Notes: generated by a model not told the origin, from the sequence alone. Numbered from the stretch's first letter, positions 1 through 11,681 are shown. The stretch: DNA of 64,000 nt from Spirochaetota bacterium (GCA_024276015.1 JAJRXZ010000020.1:8245-72244), one strand, 5' to 3'. Program-made: numbers and translations.

Positions 1-1637
1 TTTAGCGCCGCAATCTCTATCCCATCTCCGCCGCTTCCCTTTTCATTGAAAAATCTTTCAGGAAGGTCGTCTTGGGCAGCTGAAAAACCGTTCATTGAAT
101 TCATTATTCGTTCATTGTAATATATCCTCTCTCCGGCTTTATAAAGATCCTGCGCAGATATATCCAATCCCGTAACGCCTGTAAAAGCTCTGGCATATTC
201 TTCAAGAGATGCGGCAAAAAAAATAAACTTGCAGGCTGTGAGAGAATCGATAACTGCATTCAAGTCTTCATTGATTTTAATAATTCTTGCTTTACCATTG
301 AAAGTGAATCTGTCGGTTGCAGCGGGTTTCCTCAGTATTTCATGGGCAACAGGATAAGCCCTTAAATGACAGGCTCCTCTTGTTGAAGTTGCATAAGCCA
401 GAGCCATGCCGTATGCGCCTCTGGGGTCGTAAGCCGACAGTTCCTGTTTTTTTACTGTTATAGCTGCATCGGGTCTGCCCATTTTTATTGAGTACTCCTT
501 TGACCCATTTTTCAGCAGAGCTCCTTCGTTTCTTGAATAGGCAATGTCATACAACAGATTAATTATTTCATGGGGCAATAATCTCTTATCATGTATTTCC
601 GAATAGCATGCAAGTGTGCCTGCTGCCGATATTGTATCCATACCCAATTCATTGCAGATGCGATTTGCATTTACTACGGCGTTTATATCGCTGTTGTTTA
701 AAAGAGCGCTGAAGTGAGACATAGTTTCAAATTCGGGGATCACAGTTTTGTCTCTGCCGATTTTTTTGCATAATATAGTGCATCCCCAGCAGCCGGTTTT
801 TTTTGTGTTATATAATTTTTTATATTGCCAGGCATTCATATTTTCTGCAGCATGAAATCTTGTGGCTCTGAAATTATCGGTGGGCATCATCCTTCGCGAA
901 TGCATAAGGTCATAGAGTGCTCCTGTTCCGAATTCCGATATTCCCAGTTCACCTTTTAATACGGGCGATGCCGAAACAAGGCGAAGGATTTCCTCTCTAG
1001 CAGTCATTGTAAGAGTTTTATCAAAACAATCGATTTTGGCGGTTCCCTCTACATATATATATTTTATTTTTTTTTCTGCCATTACAAGGCCGATTCCGTT
1101 TCTTCCCGAAAAGAAATGCCTGTCAACTGCAATGCCGGCAAACCTGACTCCCTTTTCGGCAGCAGGACCGATTACAGCAGCAGATCCCTTGCGGGGCAGC
1201 TTTTTGAGAACCGAGCTTATCTCCAGACCGGCAGCATCGGAGGCATCAACAAATTCGACATTCTCATTTACAATCTTAATTCCGCAGAGATTTTTGCTTC
1301 GGCCTGTTAAGATAATTCCGTCCCAGCCGGCTCGTTTTATGGAAACGCCAAGTCTGCCCCCTGCGGAAGTGTCACCTATTGTTCCTGTTAGAGGCGATCG
1401 CGACATTATTGTCATTCTGCCGGATGTGGGCACAGGTGTTCCCACAAGAGGCCCCGTAAGAAAGAGAAGGGGCATTTCCGGGTCTGACCAGTCTTTAGTT
1501 ATGTGGGGTCTGAGAAAATATCCCCCCAAGCCTTTGCCGCCAATATATTTTCTGTAGATTTCTATGCCTGGTTCAATGATTTCGGTTTCTTTTGAAGTTA
1601 AGTCGATTTTAAGTATTTTCCCTTTCCAGCCTTTCAT
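1..1637 (-). CDS. Aldehyde:ferredoxin oxidoreductase (tungsten AOR family). Only the N-terminal ~545 aa are in the window; the C-terminus runs past the left edge.
   Basis: I translated the minus strand by hand from the ATG at 1637..1635 and found it open to position 1. The N-terminus MKGWKGKILKIDLTSKETEIIEPG... and internal segments (GIGLVMAEKKIKYIYVEG, DPRGAYGMALAYATSTRGACHLRA, TACKFIFFA) match AOR-family proteins. It is missing from the ORF track because no stop codon lies inside the window. Confidence 0.85.
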   Translation of the reverse strand, partial: MKGWKGKILKIDLTSKETEIIEPGIEIYRKYIGGKGLGGYFLRPHITKDWSDPEMPLLFLTGPLVGTPVPTSGRMTIMSRSPLTGTIGDTSAGGRLGVSIKRAGWDGIILTGRSKNLCGIKIVNENVEFVDASDAAGLEISSVLKKLPRKGSAAVIGPAAEKGVRFAGIAVDRHFFSGRNGIGLVMAEKKIKYIYVEGTAKIDCFDKTLTMTAREEILRLVSASPVLKGELGISEFGTGALYDLMHSRRMMPTDNFRATRFHAAENMNAWQYKKLYNTKKTGCWGCTILCKKIGRDKTVIPEFETMSHFSALLNNSDINAVVNANRICNELGMDTISAAGTLACYSEIHDKRLLPHEIINLLYDIAYSRNEGALLKNGSKEYSIKMGRPDAAITVKKQELSAYDPRGAYGMALAYATSTRGACHLRAYPVAHEILRKPAATDRFTFNGKARIIKINEDLNAVIDSLTACKFIFFAASLEEYARAFTGVTGLDISAQDLYKAGERIYYNERIMNSMNGFSAAQDDLPERFFNEKGSGGDGIEIAAL

Positions 1638-1663
1638 TTTGATACAATTAATATATTCATAAA

Positions 1664-2458
1664 CTATTCAAGCTCCACTGCGATCCTGAAACCGTAATAG
1701 GGGCTTCTTGCCGTGGGGCATCTTCTGAACCTGTATTCCCTTAATCTTTGCAGATCATGGCTTAAAAATGATCCGCCCCGTAAGATCTTGTATGTTTTTC
1801 CATATTCTTTGTTAGGTATACCACCCGGATATTGTTCAAACCAGTCTATTGTCCATTCCCAGATGATGCCCGGTTTAATTATCCCGTATCTCTTTAATTC
1901 ATTTGAAAAATGTTCCGGATGATACTCCTTAATAAAATTCTTTTCTGTTTTTATAATATTCTCTATACCGGGACAACCTGTTAAAGAGGCAAATACTTCC
2001 CATTCTGTTTCGCGGGGCAGTCTGATCTTCTCTCCGCATTTTGATGAGAGCCAGCGGCAGTACATTTCCGCGTCGTTCCAGCTCACCTGAATAACGGGAT
2101 GGATTGTTTCCATCTCACGATAAAGTCGATCCTTTTTGTCGGCAAAAGGTTTTTCCCAGGATACTCCGCTTTTTTTCATCCATCTCTTTTCCCATACCCA
2201 CCCCCATTTCTCTTTCTCAGCTTCAGTGACGTATCCTGTCTCCTTAACAAATTTTCTAAAATCCCGGCAGGTAACAGGTTTTTTAGCAATTGCAATATTA
2301 TCAAGGAAGATTTCCTGCAAAGGGCAGGAATTCTCAAAATATTCCCTTTTTAAATCTGTACCTGACAATAATTGAGATACTGAATTAAGAATGTTCTGCG
2401 ATATTCCTATCAGGTATTTGCCCCGCGGTATTTTTATATAATCATGGGAAGTGAACAT
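1664..2458 (-). CDS. Formylglycine-generating-enzyme (FGE/SUMF1) domain protein
   Basis: 264 aa. The C-terminal half carries FGE-sulfatase family hallmarks: RLPRETEWEVFA, W..EWT.DWF, RGGSFLS, SPYYGFRIA. Confidence 0.7.
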   Translation of the reverse strand: MFTSHDYIKIPRGKYLIGISQNILNSVSQLLSGTDLKREYFENSCPLQEIFLDNIAIAKKPVTCRDFRKFVKETGYVTEAEKEKWGWVWEKRWMKKSGVSWEKPFADKKDRLYREMETIHPVIQVSWNDAEMYCRWLSSKCGEKIRLPRETEWEVFASLTGCPGIENIIKTEKNFIKEYHPEHFSNELKRYGIIKPGIIWEWTIDWFEQYPGGIPNKEYGKTYKILRGGSFLSHDLQRLREYRFRRCPTARSPYYGFRIAVELE

Positions 2459-2471
2459 GTTAGACTGTTGC

Positions 2472-4397
2472 TTAATCTATTTTGTCAAAAAGAGTGTATA
2501 TGTCGCTGCCGTCCTCAGGATATTCCGCACTGAGGGAAGTTATTAATAGCTGAAACTCTTTATTATTAAATGTTGCGGCCATCTCATGAGAAATAGTATT
2601 TGAAAGGGGCACCGAATATTTTTTGTCTTTCCCAGGCAGCACTATTAGTATTTTATTGCGTCCATGGCGGATTGAAAAATCATTATCCGACAATCTGCTT
2701 TTAACAATTTCTTCAAATTTATCAAAAAGTTTTTCAAAGGCTTTATATCCGAAGAGATTATAATATCTCTTGTAATTTTTGATGGATAGAAGAACCAGAG
2801 TTAAAGGGATGTCAAGGTTTTGCGAATTTTTCAGCTCTTCCCGGATCCTGTTAAAGACAATTTCGATATTGTCAATATAGTTTGAGTGTCGTTTCTCTAT
2901 CTCCATCATGTTTTGGATATGACTGAAAATAAAACCTGTAATTCTTTTGATCTTTTTGTCTATCTCTTCGAGAATAGCCGATCCGGCGATCTTATTTATT
3001 ATAATGAATCCAAGAATATTATTTCCTATGGCAAAAGGATAGATCCTGAAAAGAAGCATTTTATCCGTCTGGTCAACAGTAAATGCGCCTGTGACCAGGT
3101 CGGAGTTTCTAAAATTATCAATAAAAACAGGGACGTCGGCTTTATTGATATATCTGATAAAATCGCTGTTATCCTTAAATTTGATATTGGATTTTTTCAT
3201 TGACAGAAGATCTTCGGCTTCCACAAAGATCGGATAGAAATTTCTGTCGTCAGGGTTTTTAATGTACAATGAAAATATCTGTATACCCATTTTGTTAAAC
3301 TCATCCTGCACATCGGCTTCAATTTTTTTCAGGCTGATATTGTGAAGTATTCTCTCTTCAAAACGGTCAACGTCGCGAATATAGCTGAAATCTTTGCTGA
3401 GATTTTCATTTACTTTCATGATCATTTCCATAGTATTAATGTTATTTAACGCTATGGCGGAAACTTCTCCGACAAAATTCAGGAATTCTTTATCTTCTTC
3501 GCTGTACTCTTCCTGGGATACCTTTTCGCCGAGAAGAACAGTACCGAGAATTTCATAGTTTTGTTTCAGAGGAACGAGAAGTTTAACATCTATGGAAATA
3601 TATTTATAGTAATCGTCGATCAGCGCAGGATCGTTTTTGTAATCGTCAACGTCAATAATTTCTTTTTTTTCAAACATTATGCCCAGTATGCCCGATGCGG
3701 GGTCAAATACGAGATCTTCGTTTTCAATTACAACTCCTCTGGATTCAACAATTCTCCATCTGTTTACGTTTTTTGTATCTCTGACCATTATAGACGAAGA
3801 TGAGGCTCCGATCTGCCCCATCAGTGAGAAAAGGATAACATCGTAAAGCTCCTCTGTTGAACTTGCTCTGATAATTTCCTTCTGAATTTCATATAGAAGC
3901 ATGAAGTCGTTGAATTTCAGCTCGTTTGTTTCTTCGTGATCATCGTTTATTTTTTCTTCAGTCAGGGAAGTTTCTTTGTTGTCCCGTTCATTATCGGTTG
4001 TTTTAATATCTTCCCTTTCTTCGTATAGTGCCGAGGCGATTGTTTCATCATATTTTATATGAATATTTTCTTCCTTATCAGGGTTAGGATCATTGATGCT
4101 TTCGGGTTTTTCTTTATTAATTGTTTCGGGGATGTCATATTTCGGTTTGATTTCGTTGTCACTCTGTTCTGCCGAATCGCCAATAGCATCATTAATTTCT
4201 TCTTCAACAAGCAATCCCTCATATTTTTTATACTGATCAGGTTCATCCTGGTTAATGATTTCAAAGTCAGGCGGGGTATCATCCGGTATATCTTCTTCCG
4301 GAGGGCTGATACTCTTTTGGACTGTTTCTTCTGTAAGAGTTTCGTCAAAATGATCAGAGGCTTTTTTATATTTGAATGCTTTTTTTAGAAGACCCAT
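2472..4397 (-). CDS. Acidic N-terminus, GAF-like domain(s), and a degenerate GGDEF domain that keeps an RxxD I-site (putative c-di-GMP-binding effector)
   Basis: 641 aa. The first ~150 aa are D/E/P-rich. The middle has GAF-like segments (...IMVRDTKNVNRWRIVESRG...LLVPLKQNYEILGTVLLGE...). The C-terminus aligns to the GGDEF fold (LTLVLLSIKNYKRYYNLFGYKAFEKL...SRLSDNDFSIRHGRNKILIVLPG...SAEYPEDGSDIYTLFDKID). GG(D/E)EF is replaced by RHGRN, but RLSD sits five residues upstream, as the I-site does in PleD-type cyclases. Its ATG overlaps the stop of the upstream gene (TAATG). Confidence 0.55.
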   Translation of the reverse strand: MGLLKKAFKYKKASDHFDETLTEETVQKSISPPEEDIPDDTPPDFEIINQDEPDQYKKYEGLLVEEEINDAIGDSAEQSDNEIKPKYDIPETINKEKPESINDPNPDKEENIHIKYDETIASALYEEREDIKTTDNERDNKETSLTEEKINDDHEETNELKFNDFMLLYEIQKEIIRASSTEELYDVILFSLMGQIGASSSSIMVRDTKNVNRWRIVESRGVVIENEDLVFDPASGILGIMFEKKEIIDVDDYKNDPALIDDYYKYISIDVKLLVPLKQNYEILGTVLLGEKVSQEEYSEEDKEFLNFVGEVSAIALNNINTMEMIMKVNENLSKDFSYIRDVDRFEERILHNISLKKIEADVQDEFNKMGIQIFSLYIKNPDDRNFYPIFVEAEDLLSMKKSNIKFKDNSDFIRYINKADVPVFIDNFRNSDLVTGAFTVDQTDKMLLFRIYPFAIGNNILGFIIINKIAGSAILEEIDKKIKRITGFIFSHIQNMMEIEKRHSNYIDNIEIVFNRIREELKNSQNLDIPLTLVLLSIKNYKRYYNLFGYKAFEKLFDKFEEIVKSRLSDNDFSIRHGRNKILIVLPGKDKKYSVPLSNTISHEMAATFNNKEFQLLITSLSAEYPEDGSDIYTLFDKID

Positions 4398-6475
4398 TAT
4401 GATATGCCCATATCGTTTAATACTTTAACGTATAAGTCGAAATATTCCGAATTTGCAAAATTTTTTATCGTACTCTCCGGAAGTTTTTCAAAGAGGCCGT
4501 CAAGATAGGTTAAGAGTTTCTTAAGATTCATCTGCTTGTCTTCGGGAAATTCTTTTATAAATCTGTCAACGTCGCTGTTGTCTTCAAGAATAACAATATT
4601 GTCGGTAATGTCCTGAATTTCTTCGTCAGACGGGTCATCTTCAATGGATTTATCTTCTGTGATAAATGCTTCCTGTTCAATTATTTCAAAGTCCTTCTCT
4701 TCATGAAGGATATCCGGAGATCCGATTCCAGCATCTTCTTCTTTATGTTCTGCTTCTTCAATTATTTCGAATCTGTTTTCTTTGAATATTCTGTCAGCAG
4801 CTTCTACTTCCTCTTCAAAGTGTTTTTCTCTTTCCGAATCGTTCTCGTATTTTGCATCGTCATGGACTTCTTTCCCATAAAGGCGTTTAATTTCATTTAT
4901 ATCTTCTTCAAAAACCAGCGCGTTCGTTGACGAGAGATCCTCTTCAATTGAATTTTTATCTTCTTCTGAGAGGCTTCGACTGTCCGGAGTCAGATAGTTG
5001 ATGAATTTTTCTTTAATTTTTGAAAGGTCAATTTTGCCAAAATCGGATTTGATCAATTCATATTCTTTTTCAAGATCGATATGGGAATATTCTTCATGGA
5101 ATAATCTTTCTTCAATGTTATCTATTTCATTAAGGCTTAATCCGAAAAGTTCAATTGCTTTGGATATCTTTTTTTCATCATCCTCTTCTTTGCCAAGATA
5201 GAGGCTGTCTATCTCTTTGATATAATCGCTGTAATCGTCGCCAATAATGGCGTTCTCTATGAAGTCTAATTCGGAATCTCTGTATTTATATTCATCATCT
5301 TCAAAGTCGAGCCAGAGCTCTTTGTATTTATCATCGCTTTGGGTTAAAATGGCTGCCAGTTCCGGATCTTCTCCCGACACATCTATTTTATCCTCTGTCA
5401 GGATTTTAGGTTTGCCTTCAACAATATCGACTATATCTGAAGTAATTTTTTCCAGTTCGTCCTCTTCAAACAATTTTGTTTTTTCACTCTTCTCTTTGTA
5501 TAGAGATTCATCGTCAAAGAAGAGCACATTTTCTTTTCCCGCGGCAATTTTCCGAAGATTTTCCGGGAGAGTTTCCGTTTTAACTTCAACTTCGGATTCG
5601 GGATCTTCATGGGGCTTATCTTTCTGAGGCTGGAATTCATCTGAAACAGCTTCATCAATTTTAGGTTCTTCAATAGTTTCTTCTATTTCAGACGCTTCAA
5701 TATTGTTAAGCTCCGATTCTTCCGCATCCGGTTTCGTATCGGATCTAATATCGGGTTCAGGTTCGGGTTCAGGGTCTTTTTTCTGAATACTTTTTTCTTT
5801 TTCAGAAAGATTGGGCCCGCTCTTTACTTCGGCCTTTGGAGATTTTTCATCGGTTTTTTCGGATAATTCTGTTTCTGCAGTTATAGTATCATCACTTTTA
5901 TCAATGGTATCCTCTTTTAAAGGAATAAGGTCGAATTCTTCCAGACCTAATATCAGGTCATCCTCGGTGAGGAATAAAATGTCTTCATTTGCAATTGCTT
6001 CTGCTTCTTTCAAGTCTATGTTTCCTATGTCGTTAATATTAAAGTCTTCAGGTAATTTATCTATCATACCTTCGGGAATATTAATTTTTATTTCAGAAGT
6101 TTTGCCGGTTTTAGTGTCCTCTATGTTTTGATCTTCTCTGTTTCCCGGCGTTTCTTTATTATTTTCCTTTATTGAATCTTCCCGGTCTTCTGTATTATCC
6201 ATTGCCGCTTCAGACAGATCCTTCTGAACCGGACTGTCCTTTTGCTTAATTGCGCTTTCTTCCGATGTTGACTCTTCGGCTGCATTATAGGGATCATCCT
6301 TATCTCTTTCCGATTCTTCGCTGTGATGGCCTTCTCCGGATACGAAGTCCTGATCATTTATAGTAATATCTTCTTCTGTAAAATTATTACGGGTAATTGT
6401 GTCAGTCTTTATATCAGAATCTTCAAAGATATCCCTGTGAATATCATTTATATTATTCTCCTTGATCTCTTTCAT
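4397..6475 (-). CDS. Poly-acidic protein (692 aa, extremely D/E-rich, low complexity), hypothetical
   Basis: Long minus-strand ORF. D+E are dense throughout, with runs such as PEPEPEPD. It is translationally coupled to the GAF/GGDEF-like gene downstream. I did not recognise any catalytic domain. Confidence 0.55.
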   Translation of the reverse strand: MKEIKENNINDIHRDIFEDSDIKTDTITRNNFTEEDITINDQDFVSGEGHHSEESERDKDDPYNAAEESTSEESAIKQKDSPVQKDLSEAAMDNTEDREDSIKENNKETPGNREDQNIEDTKTGKTSEIKINIPEGMIDKLPEDFNINDIGNIDLKEAEAIANEDILFLTEDDLILGLEEFDLIPLKEDTIDKSDDTITAETELSEKTDEKSPKAEVKSGPNLSEKEKSIQKKDPEPEPEPDIRSDTKPDAEESELNNIEASEIEETIEEPKIDEAVSDEFQPQKDKPHEDPESEVEVKTETLPENLRKIAAGKENVLFFDDESLYKEKSEKTKLFEEDELEKITSDIVDIVEGKPKILTEDKIDVSGEDPELAAILTQSDDKYKELWLDFEDDEYKYRDSELDFIENAIIGDDYSDYIKEIDSLYLGKEEDDEKKISKAIELFGLSLNEIDNIEERLFHEEYSHIDLEKEYELIKSDFGKIDLSKIKEKFINYLTPDSRSLSEEDKNSIEEDLSSTNALVFEEDINEIKRLYGKEVHDDAKYENDSEREKHFEEEVEAADRIFKENRFEIIEEAEHKEEDAGIGSPDILHEEKDFEIIEQEAFITEDKSIEDDPSDEEIQDITDNIVILEDNSDVDRFIKEFPEDKQMNLKKLLTYLDGLFEKLPESTIKNFANSEYFDLYVKVLNDMGIS

Positions 6476-6764
6476 TTTTTATCTCAACATGCACACTCAA
6501 TAATATGTATTCTTTGTAAAAGTTGTCAATTATTTGTTAAGCAAATTGTCGCCGATTATTTTTTTTTATTAAGTTTTTTTATTATTTTATTATAATGTAA
6601 TAAAATATCAGCAACATGTTCAATGTGTTCTGATTTTTTTAAGAATAACATTAAATTTTGCAAATAATAAAATTTATATCTATAAAAATTTAACCTGTAA
6701 GCATTATAATTCAATTTATTATCGGCATATTTCTTTTTTTTATTTATTTTATATCAATGATAAG

Positions 6765-6803
6765 TAATATAAAAGAAAGAGGATGTCTCTGTTGACATCC
6801 TCC
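6765..6803 (-). terminator. Intrinsic terminator closing the atp operon
   Basis: 8-bp perfect stem AGGATGTC / GACATCCT (6780-6787 and 6794-6801) with loop TCTGTT. On the minus strand it is followed by the T-rich stretch tctttctttt. It lies 27 bp past the atpC stop. Confidence 0.7.
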
Positions 6804-6829
6804 TTGGGGCAGATATATTTATTATGATC

Positions 6830-7228
6830 CTATCTCTTTGCCACTTTTAATCTGATTTTAAGCTTATGTTCTTCTGCGCTGAGAATCAAACCTTCTTCAC
6901 TAAAGGGATCAATCCTGTTTTCTCTGATTTCCCGGATCTTTTTACTGATCTCGTCGCTGTCCAGTTCATCTTTTGTAAATGCGTTTTCAGCAAGGATATT
7001 CATTTTGTTATCAAATATCTCTACCAGCCCCCCTTCAACAACAAGATAATCGGTTTTGTCTCCGTTTCTTAGTCTTATCTCACCGTATCCCAATTGAGTG
7101 ATCAGCGGTGTGTGGTTGATTAAGAAACCCATCTCACCGTCGTATGCCTGTACAACTGCAAAGTCTGCTTCGCCTTCATAGAGATATTTTTCAGGTGTAA
7201 GTATGCTGCATTTGATCTTTTTTCTCAT
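6830..7228 (-). CDS. atpC: F-type ATP synthase epsilon subunit
   Basis: 132 aa. N-terminal beta-sandwich motif (LTPEKYLYEGEADFAVVQAYDGEMGFL) and C-terminal helical region. It is the last gene of the atp cluster. Confidence 0.85.
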   Translation of the reverse strand: MRKKIKCSILTPEKYLYEGEADFAVVQAYDGEMGFLINHTPLITQLGYGEIRLRNGDKTDYLVVEGGLVEIFDNKMNILAENAFTKDELDSDEISKKIREIRENRIDPFSEEGLILSAEEHKLKIRLKVAKR

Positions 7229-7231
7229 TAT

Positions 7232-8650
<1,419 letters not shown>

Positions 8651-8692
8651 TCATCTCCTTATTGATTTGCATGTTTCATTATTGATTTATGT

Positions 8693-9577
8693 TTAATCAA
8701 GAGCTGCCGCTCCTCCACATATTTCCGCGATTTCGTTTGTAATTTTGGCCTGTCTTGCCCTGTTATATGTTACTGTCAGTTCTTTAATTATTTCTCCGGA
8801 TGCATCGGTTGCATTTTTCATTGCAATTCTTCGTGCAAATTGCTCTGAAAATGACGATTCAATAAAACAGTTAAAAACTTTTACATTAAGGTATAAAGGC
8901 AGAATGTATGATAATATTTTCTCAGGATCCGGATCAAAAATATATTTTGACCTGAGGCGCTGTGAATATTCTTCCTCTTCTTCTATTTCGGGCGGAGTTA
9001 TGGGAAGCAGTTTAAATATTTCCGGTTTCTGTGACGATCTGGTTATGACTTTTGTATAGGAAATATATATTTCGTGCATTTCACCGCTGATGAAGAGATC
9101 TCTCAGTTCATTACAGAAGCGCGAGGCAAAATCAAAGGTTATTTTGTCTTCCGGATTCGGTATAAATTTATAGATCGGTTCGTTTATGAATTTCAGATAA
9201 TTTGAACCTTTTTTACCAATAACATAATTAAATGTTTCCTTGCCTTCGCCTGTTAACTTCTCTCTTAATGTGAGAGAGTTGAAAATAACATTTGTATTAA
9301 AACTGCCGCAGAGACCTCTATTGCCGGTTAACTGAACGATCATTATCTTATTGGGGTTTACAAATTCACTGAAGAGAGGGTCGTAAAGTTCGGTAATTTC
9401 AGAGTTAAGCAGGTTTGTCATAATCTCGTTTACTTTAGATTCATATGCCTTTGACATTTCCAGGCGCAGCTGCATTTTTTTCATTTTTGCACTGGCAACC
9501 ATTTCCATGGTGCTTGTAATTTTTTTTGTATTTTTGATCGATTTTATTCGATTCTTTATATTTCGTTGATTTGCCAC
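8693..9577 (-). CDS. atpG: F-type ATP synthase gamma subunit
   Basis: 294 aa. Sits between alpha and beta. Conserved C-terminus (...TNEIAEICGGAAAL). Confidence 0.9.
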   Translation of the reverse strand: MANQRNIKNRIKSIKNTKKITSTMEMVASAKMKKMQLRLEMSKAYESKVNEIMTNLLNSEITELYDPLFSEFVNPNKIMIVQLTGNRGLCGSFNTNVIFNSLTLREKLTGEGKETFNYVIGKKGSNYLKFINEPIYKFIPNPEDKITFDFASRFCNELRDLFISGEMHEIYISYTKVITRSSQKPEIFKLLPITPPEIEEEEEYSQRLRSKYIFDPDPEKILSYILPLYLNVKVFNCFIESSFSEQFARRIAMKNATDASGEIIKELTVTYNRARQAKITNEIAEICGGAAALD

Positions 9578-9604
9578 AACAATACCTTTTAAAGATTAGA
9601 AATT

Positions 9605-11134
9605 TTATTCAGGCAGCTTGGATATGTAATCATTTACAAATTCTGCGGTTATTTCATTCAGCCTGTCAGGATCTTCAAGCTCGCCGGTTTCGGTTATTCC
9701 CGATAAAATTTCCGGATGAGTTTCTCGTAAGAATTTAAGATATTCCGATTCAAAATTCTGTATATTTTCAACCGGAACCTGGTCGCATAGTCCCTGAGTT
9801 CCTGCAAAAATAATTGCAACCTGTTCTGGAACATCCATAGGAACATATTGCCCCTGTTTCAGAATTTCTACAAGCCGTACTCCTCTGTCCAACTGTTTCT
9901 GCGTTGCAGCATCAAGTTCCGTACCCATCTGCGCAAATGCTTCAAGTTCTCTGAATTGCGCAAGGTCAAGTCTCAGGGATCCTGCATATTTTTTCATTGC
10001 TTTGATCTGGGCGTTGCCCCCGACTCTGGAAACCGATATTCCAACATCAATGGCAGGTCTTATTCCGGAAGCAAATAGATTTGGGAGAAGATATATTTGG
10101 CCGTAGGTAATGGAGATCACATTAGTAGGGATATATGCCGATACTTCACCCTCCTGAGTTTCAATTATCGGCAGCGCTGTAAGAGAGCCGCCGCCTCTTT
10201 CATCCGATAATTTGGCAGATCGTTCAAGAAGCCTTGAGTGGCAGTAAAAAATATCGCCCGGATATGCTTCTCTGCCGGGAGGTCTTCTTAAAAGGAGGGA
10301 TAGCTCTCTGTATGCATTTGCCTGTTTTGAAAGGTCGTCGTAAATACATAAAGTGTGCTGATTCTTTTCATACATAAAGTATTCTGCCATTGCGCATCCC
10401 GCGTATGGAGCTATATACTGCATAGGCGCCGGGTCAGAAGCGTTGGCTGCAACTACAATGGTATAATCCATTGCGCCGCTTTCCTGAAGTTTCTGAACAA
10501 CTCCGGCAACAGTTGATGCCTTTTGTCCGATGGCAATATAAACACATTTTACTCCTTTACCCTTTTGATTTATAATAGTGTCAATTGCAATCGCCGTTTT
10601 GCCGGTTTTTCTGTCGCCGATGATCAACTCCCTCTGGCCCCTTCCAATAGGCGTCATAGAATCAACAGCTTTGATCCCGGTTTGAAGAGGCTCTTTTACA
10701 GGCTGTCTGTCTGCAATTCCGGGCGCATTGTATTCAACTGGCCAGTACCTGTCGGTAGAGATAGGACCTTTGCCGTCCAGAGGTTCTCCAAGCGGCGTTA
10801 AAACTCTTCCCAGCAGCTCTTCACCTGCAGGTACTGCCAAAACTCTGTTTAATTTTTTAACAGAATCGCCTTCTTCAATTTTGAGGTAGTCTCCCAGAAT
10901 TGCAACACCGACGGAATCTTCTTCAAGGTTCAAAACCATACCCTGTATGCCGTTTTCAAATTCAACCATTTCTGCTGCCATTGCGTTTTGAAGGCCGTGT
11001 ATTTTTGCGATCCCATCGCCAATTTGAGTTACTGTTCCAACTTCTTTTATATCGAGTTCGGATTTGAATCCTTCTATTTCCTGCTTAATTATTGATTTTA
11101 TTTCGTTAGTTTTAATCTTCATAAGCTGCTTCAC
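9605..11134 (-). CDS. atpA: F-type ATP synthase alpha subunit
   Basis: 509 aa. Walker [19 protein letters not shown]. Conserved F1 alpha sequence. Confidence 0.95.
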   Translation of the reverse strand: MKQLMKIKTNEIKSIIKQEIEGFKSELDIKEVGTVTQIGDGIAKIHGLQNAMAAEMVEFENGIQGMVLNLEEDSVGVAILGDYLKIEEGDSVKKLNRVLAVPAGEELLGRVLTPLGEPLDGKGPISTDRYWPVEYNAPGIADRQPVKEPLQTGIKAVDSMTPIGRGQRELIIGDRKTGKTAIAIDTIINQKGKGVKCVYIAIGQKASTVAGVVQKLQESGAMDYTIVVAANASDPAPMQYIAPYAGCAMAEYFMYEKNQHTLCIYDDLSKQANAYRELSLLLRRPPGREAYPGDIFYCHSRLLERSAKLSDERGGGSLTALPIIETQEGEVSAYIPTNVISITYGQIYLLPNLFASGIRPAIDVGISVSRVGGNAQIKAMKKYAGSLRLDLAQFRELEAFAQMGTELDAATQKQLDRGVRLVEILKQGQYVPMDVPEQVAIIFAGTQGLCDQVPVENIQNFESEYLKFLRETHPEILSGITETGELEDPDRLNEITAEFVNDYISKLPE

Positions 11135-11681
11135 TCCCGACTTTTGTGAATAGTAGGTTATTCCTTAGTTTTTTTAAATCATTTATAAGTGATCCGTCTA
11201 TAACCAGATCGTTGATTTTTATAATAATCCCGCCCAGGATGGACTCATCAATTTTTTCCCGGATTAAAATATTTTTATTTAATGTTTTGTTTAGTTTGAC
11301 GGATATCTCTTCCCTGGCCGATTGTTCCAGTTTCTCTTTTGTTATTACAGTTACTTTTTGTCTGTTATGCAATTTATCAATTTCATCCAGCACGGCATTA
11401 TAAATATTATTGAGTTCTTTTAAACGCCTGTTGCGGATAATTGTCTTAAAAAAATTAATTGTGTTGTCATGAAGTTTCCCGGAGAATACTTTAGCAATTA
11501 ATTTTGATTTATTATTATCTGAAATGTCCGGTGATGTTAGAAAACTGCTGAAATCTTTATCATCGTTGTATAGATCAATAAGAAATTTTAACTCTTCTTC
11601 CAGTTCGGGAAGGATGTTCTTTTCGTTTCCTATTTCTACAAATGATCCGGCATATATTTTTGCAACATTACTATAAGACAC
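11112..11681 (-). CDS. atpH: F-type ATP synthase delta (OSCP) subunit
   Basis: 189 aa. Sits between atpF and atpA and overlaps atpA by 23 nt. OSCP-like helical N-terminus. Confidence 0.75.
   Translation of the reverse strand: MSYSNVAKIYAGSFVEIGNEKNILPELEEELKFLIDLYNDDKDFSSFLTSPDISDNNKSKLIAKVFSGKLHDNTINFFKTIIRNRRLKELNNIYNAVLDEIDKLHNRQKVTVITKEKLEQSAREEISVKLNKTLNKNILIREKIDESILGGIIIKINDLVIDGSLINDLKKLRNNLLFTKVGSEAAYED

Noticed and set aside
1036-1557. 173-aa plus-strand ORF in the ORF track
   Set aside because: It lies entirely antisense to the AOR coding sequence, which has strong family-level similarity, and its composition is Pro/Ser-rich. It is a typical shadow ORF.
5740-5790. Short tandem nucleotide repeats (cgggttcaggttcgggttcagggtc), considered for CRISPR or a satellite
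   Set aside because: They encode a PEPEPEP run inside the poly-acidic protein, so they are coding repeats. There are no spacer-repeat units or cas genes.
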